From Vulcanimicrobiota bacterium (lineage in GTDB: Bacteria; Vulcanimicrobiota; Vulcanimicrobiia; Eremiobacterales; Eremiobacteraceae), in assembly GCA_963805945.1 (NCBI GenBank), contig CAWDVP010000002.1, forward strand, positions 192,001 through 256,000: 64,000 nt of DNA. Reading direction: 5' to 3'. The translations under genes were made by a program, and so were the position numbers. Shown here one piece after another: positions 62,129-64,000 of the stretch (position 1 is its first letter; every line of letters starts with the position of its first letter). The notes beneath the pieces were generated by a model. It did not search any database. It saw only the letters and a program-made list of their open reading frames with translations, and was not told the origin of the DNA.

Positions 62129-64000
62129 CTATTCCTCGTGATCGTCGAGACCTTGATGGAACGTCGGGTTGGGGCCGGTTTCGAGCGGCTGCTCGTCGAG
62201 CCGCCGCGCTTCCGCGCGCTCGCGCGCCCGGCGACGGCGTTCCTCGAGCTCGTGTTCGCTCGAGACGAACAGCGAGTCGTCCTTGCCGTTGCCGTCGATC
62301 TCCACCGCTTCGAACTCGAAGACCTCGGGGGCGCTCTCGATGACCGGCGCCTCGTCGGACTCCGCGAACGGCGACGGGGGATAGAGCTGACGCACTTTGC
62401 CCTTTATCGGCGGCGCCGAAGCCGCGCCGAAGATCGCGCCGTGCGAGGGACGTCGCTTGCCGAACGGTGCCGGCTTCTTGCCCGGGTCCGCGTTCTCGTC
62501 GATCGGCTCCGGCTCCATGTCCGCCGGCGGATAGACCTGTTTCACGGCCGGTCCGCTGCGCGCCGGCGCGCCGCCTCGGCCTCCTCGACCACCACCGCGT
62601 CCGCCGCGGTCACGTCCGCCACGGTCGTCTCGACCGCGAGGCGGGCGATCTTCGCGCGGCGCACGATCCTCGCGCGGCGCACGATCCTCGCGCGGCGCAC
62701 GGTCCTCGCGCGGCGCACGGTCCTCGCGCGGCGCGCGATCCTCACGTGGCGCGCGCACGTCGCGAAGCGCATGCTCGTCTCGCGGCGCACGACCGCGCGG
62801 AGCGCGGCCTTCGCGATCGCCGGGGCTGCGGATCGGCCGCTCGTCGTCGCCGTCCACATCGTGTTCGAAGCTGCGTGGACGAATGGACCCCGGTGGCAAG
62901 AACTCGATGTCGACGGCCGCCGGGCGGCCCGGCGCGACCACTGCGTCGAGCTCGTCGTCGAACTCTTCCTCGCGGCGCGGCGTCGCTTCGCGCGGCGCCA
63001 CATCGCGTGGAGCCGCACCGCGCGGCGCACTGCTGCGCGGCGTGACGCCACGCGGCGACGTGCCGCGTGACGATGGACCGCGCGAGCCACGCGTCGGCTC
63101 GCGGCGGCTCTCGCGCACCGGTTCGTTGAATGCCTCATCGCCCTCGGCGCTCTTGCGCCGGCCCCCGCGCACTTCCGCGTCCGGGTTGATCTCCACCGGG
63201 GCTCCGTAGAGCTGCCGGATCGGCCCCGAGAAGCGGCGTGGACGGCGCTCTTCGCCCCGATCCTCGCGGCCGTTCGGCCGGATCTCGGCCTCGTCTGCGA
63301 CGGTCTCGCGGACGACGAGCTCTTCATCGCCTTCGGCGAGCGGCGCGCTCGTGCGTTCGTCCAGACTTGCTCAGGCCGCGCCCGCCTCGCCCACGTCGGC
63401 GGCGGCGGCGACCGGCGGTCGTCGTCTCGGTGTCGTCACCGCGGACCGGCGTGATGCCTCCCGCGATCGGCTTCGTCTTATCGGGCACGACGGTGACCGA
63501 CGACTCATCCGAGTCATCGTAGTCGATGTCGGCCTCGCCGCCGACGACCAGCGGTTTGAAGCCACGCGCGTCGGCCAAGTCGCCGCGACCACCGCGACGG
63601 CCTCTGCCTCTACTGCCGCCCGATGCGGCAGGACGGCCTTCGCCGCGGCCCCGCGGCGCGGGCCGCGTCGTCGTCGAAGCGCTCACACCGCGCGTCCGGC
63701 CGACAGGCCTGCCGCGCATGGTGTAGTCTTCTTCCTCTTCTTCCAAGCCGAAGATGTTGCTGGGCACCGCGATGCGGTCGATGCGCGTCGGCTGCGGCGG
63801 CGGGGTCGGCTTCGCCGGCTCCTCCGTCTCGCCCGCGACCTTGCCGCGGCGGCGGCGGCGGCGCTTCGCAGCAGGCAGCGGTTCGGCGAGCTCTGCGCGC
63901 GCCATGTTGCCGTCGACGGCGACGATCCGCAGTTTCACGGTCTGGCCGACACCGTTGGCGGCGTCTCTGACCTCGACGAGCTGCCCGTCGACGACGGCGA
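62129..64000 (-). CDS. C-terminal part of a probable RNase E/G-family protein (TRAM-like domain plus long disordered tail, frameshifted)
   Basis: VDGQLVEV...GQTVKLRI TRAM-like segment, RRRRRRG tracts, RGG and REDRAP repeats. The catalytic domain would lie outside the window. Confidence 0.55.
62646..62756 (-). repeat. 18-bp coding tandem repeat (REDRAP, about six copies)
   Basis: Seen directly in the DNA and in the translation. Confidence 0.85.

Overview
High-GC bacterial chromosomal segment. The gene content tentatively suggests a soil lineage such as Eremiobacterota, but this is inference only. Many otherwise intact genes carry single-base frameshifts, most likely long-read or assembly errors. 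Housekeeping and metabolic genes include coxD/coxE-like, Mrp, livKHMGF, a family B DNA polymerase, PolX, a Rieske oxygenase, dacB, uppS, ilvE, arginase, Pit, queG, gdh, ychF, mtnP, a GMC oxidoreductase, holB, tmk, an Orn/Lys/Arg decarboxylase, pdxST, pilT, ispE and the 3' end of a probable RNase E/G. No rRNA, tRNA, CRISPR array or transposase was seen. Highlight 1 is a compositionally atypical cassette at about 31.7-33.7 kb. A 53-aa ORF too short for the ORF track encodes three copies of a conserved ETLITG core and converges on a multi-pass membrane protein with a degenerate HD-GYP domain. Both genes have CRP-type boxes upstream, making this a candidate peptide signal and receptor system. Highlight 2 is a 25-aa Arg-rich leader ORF with an anti-SD/SD hairpin upstream of the decarboxylase, a candidate attenuator. 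Highlight 3 is three families of dispersed REP-like palindromes.
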